NCBI GenBank assembly: GCA_050178035.1
Contig: JBFXGK010000004.1
Span: forward strand, 3,009-67,008
Length of the DNA stretch: 64,000 bases
Direction: 5' to 3'
Source of the DNA: Kiritimatiellia bacterium
GTDB lineage: Bacteria; Verrucomicrobiota; Kiritimatiellia; JAKQHR01
Within the stretch, counting starts at the first letter, position 1. The number at the start of each line of letters is the position of its first letter. Under the pieces are notes generated by a model. The model was not told the origin of the DNA. It saw only the letters and a program-made list of their open reading frames with translations, and did not search any database. The translations under genes were made by a program, and so were the position numbers. This document shows, piece after piece, positions 62,688 through 64,000 of this stretch.

Positions 62688-64000
62688 CTAGAACAGCAGT
62701 TTCTTGTCGCCGAAAAAGCGGTCCTTGTGAAGGAGCACCCACTTGATCACGTGATATTCCAGCGGGAACACAAAGCAAACCGTTGAAATGCGGAAGCGAC
62801 TCAGCCAGTACATAGCACGCTCCGCCAGCAATCCCAGCCACAGCAGTTTCTTCGGGACAACGGCTTTGACCACAGTCCTGGCGTACCCACCCAAAAACAT
62901 GAAATAGATTGAGGCCGCATCCGTATATTGCGCATATTTCTTTGGAATCCATGGGGTAGTGTGCGCGTGGAACTCATATCGCGTCCAATCCTCGAGAGTT
63001 TTGGGCATGACGTATCCAAGCGCCTGAGCTTCCGGAAGAAATCTGGTGCCCGGCAAAGGGGTATAGACAAACAGATGGAATTTCGACACCCATCCGGTCT
63101 TCCGAAGCTTGTTGATGAACCGCATGGTGGACTTGAAGTCTTTTTTGACATCAACTCCCGGAACTCCAATAATAAAGGAGCATAGCACATGGATGCCGTA
63201 TTTCGCCAAGCGAGGGATGACCTCCAGTGAATCCTGGACAAAACATCCCTTGTCCATCAGATCCAATACCTCGTCAGACCCTGATTCAACACCCAGAAAT
63301 ATTTCATGCAGGCCGGATTTCTTCATAAGCGCAAATGTTTCATCACTGAAATGCTTAAGCCGGTCCGGACGTCCTGAAGTGCCACCCCAGGTGAGGCCCA
63401 AATCCATCATCATGTTGCAGAATTCCACCACCCTCTTCTCGTGCACATAAAAATTCGAGTCCGCGATGGCGACGCCATCAAATTCATATTTATCTTTAAG
63501 CCACCTGAGTTCTCTGACCATGCGTTCCGGCTTCAGCCCTATCCATCTTCTGTGATAAAGAGATTCTTCGGCGCAGAATTTGCATTTGCCGGGACACCCC
63601 TCGGAGGAGAGATAATACATCGTTTTTTTAGCAAAGCTGGTTTGCACGAGGTAATTCTCAAATCCCTCCAGAAGATGATACGGAAGCATAGGAAAATTGT
63701 TGATGTCTTCAAGCGGGCGTTCCTCGGTTAGAACCTTTACTCCATCGTGTTTGAATCCAATGCCTTTCACGGAATCCAATGGCCGGCCGGATTCCATGAC
63801 ATCCACCAGTTCCGCGAATGTGCGCTGCCCCTGCCCGATAACCACGATGTCAATCAAATCACTGTCCAGTGTTTGGTCGGGCATCAGCGTTGGATGACAG
63901 CCGCCGCAAACAATCTTAATGTTCGGATTAGCTTCACGCGCTATTCTCGCCGCTTTAAGCATCTCTCCAATCTGATAGCCAGTGAGACTGGTAATTCCGC
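62688..64000 (-). CDS. B12-binding-domain radical SAM protein (N-terminus beyond window edge)
   Basis: Frame is open to nt 64000. B12-domain IKIVCGGCHPT. Radical SAM cluster motif CPGKCKFC. Low GC. Confidence 0.8.
   Translation of the reverse strand, partial: GITSLTGYQIGEMLKAARIAREANPNIKIVCGGCHPTLMPDQTLDSDLIDIVVIGQGQRTFAELVDVMESGRPLDSVKGIGFKHDGVKVLTEERPLEDINNFPMLPYHLLEGFENYLVQTSFAKKTMYYLSSEGCPGKCKFCAEESLYHRRWIGLKPERMVRELRWLKDKYEFDGVAIADSNFYVHEKRVVEFCNMMMDLGLTWGGTSGRPDRLKHFSDETFALMKKSGLHEIFLGVESGSDEVLDLMDKGCFVQDSLEVIPRLAKYGIHVLCSFIIGVPGVDVKKDFKSTMRFINKLRKTGWVSKFHLFVYTPLPGTRFLPEAQALGYVMPKTLEDWTRYEFHAHTTPWIPKKYAQYTDAASIYFMFLGGYARTVVKAVVPKKLLWLGLLAERAMYWLSRFRISTVCFVFPLEYHVIKWVLLHKDRFFGDKKLLF

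Overview
This is a dense, GC-rich (by eye about 60% GC) chromosomal segment from a diderm bacterium. LpxA/FabZ, a secretin, an MsbA-like exporter and a parvulin PPIase are all present. I recognised no rRNA, tRNA, CRISPR array, transposase or integrase. The repeat flavour and gene content weakly suggest a PVC-type organism (Verrucomicrobiota/Kiritimatiellota/Lentisphaerota), but nothing in the window anchors this. About 60 protein genes are supportable. In order:
- MsbA-like ABC exporter (5' truncated) and an SLT lytic transglycosylase.
- A compact preQ1 set, queE-queD-queC facing queF, then YjbQ.
- An ECF sigma / anti-sigma / secreted-protein operon.
- An AT-richer two-gene islet of about 2 kb (secreted Cys-motif protein plus CPBP intramembrane protease).
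- trpF-like plus folE, then a DUF4388 membrane protein.
- A mixed minus-strand operon: FolM/PTR1-like SDR, 5'-nucleotidase-family protein, TrkH, TrkA, HAMP sensor, FolB.
- An NfeD / NfeD / beta-helix membrane protein / FloA flotillin operon.
- PHP phosphoesterase, transketolase, glutaminyl cyclase.
- An uninterrupted 11 kb minus-strand array: MotA/ExbB-like protein with a long tail, a 666-aa propeller protein, two long ExbD-like proteins, YkgJ, fabZ, lpxA, gspD, gspE, gspF.
- 2-hydroxyacid dehydrogenase, PPIase, rRNA-modification genes (RlmI/K-like MTase, RluA-like, RlmM), AKR-FeS reductase, alpha-glucan phosphorylase, HAMP-GAF-PP2C phosphatase.
- From about 47.3 kb to the window end, a nucleotide-sugar/glycan cluster. 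It is interrupted by rpsU (59 aa, absent from the ORF track) and a LamG gene.
The most noteworthy observations are:
1. The MotA/ExbB-like / propeller / two-ExbD-like module, a candidate uncharacterised proton-motive-force envelope machine.
2. A 3 x 31 bp palindromic repeat element present once between queC and queF and once in-frame inside a nucleotidyltransferase gene.
3. Phased T-tract arrays (about 10.3 bp period) at three sites, two of which bracket the AT-rich islet.
Many long ORFs in the track are antisense shadows typical of GC-rich DNA and were rejected.
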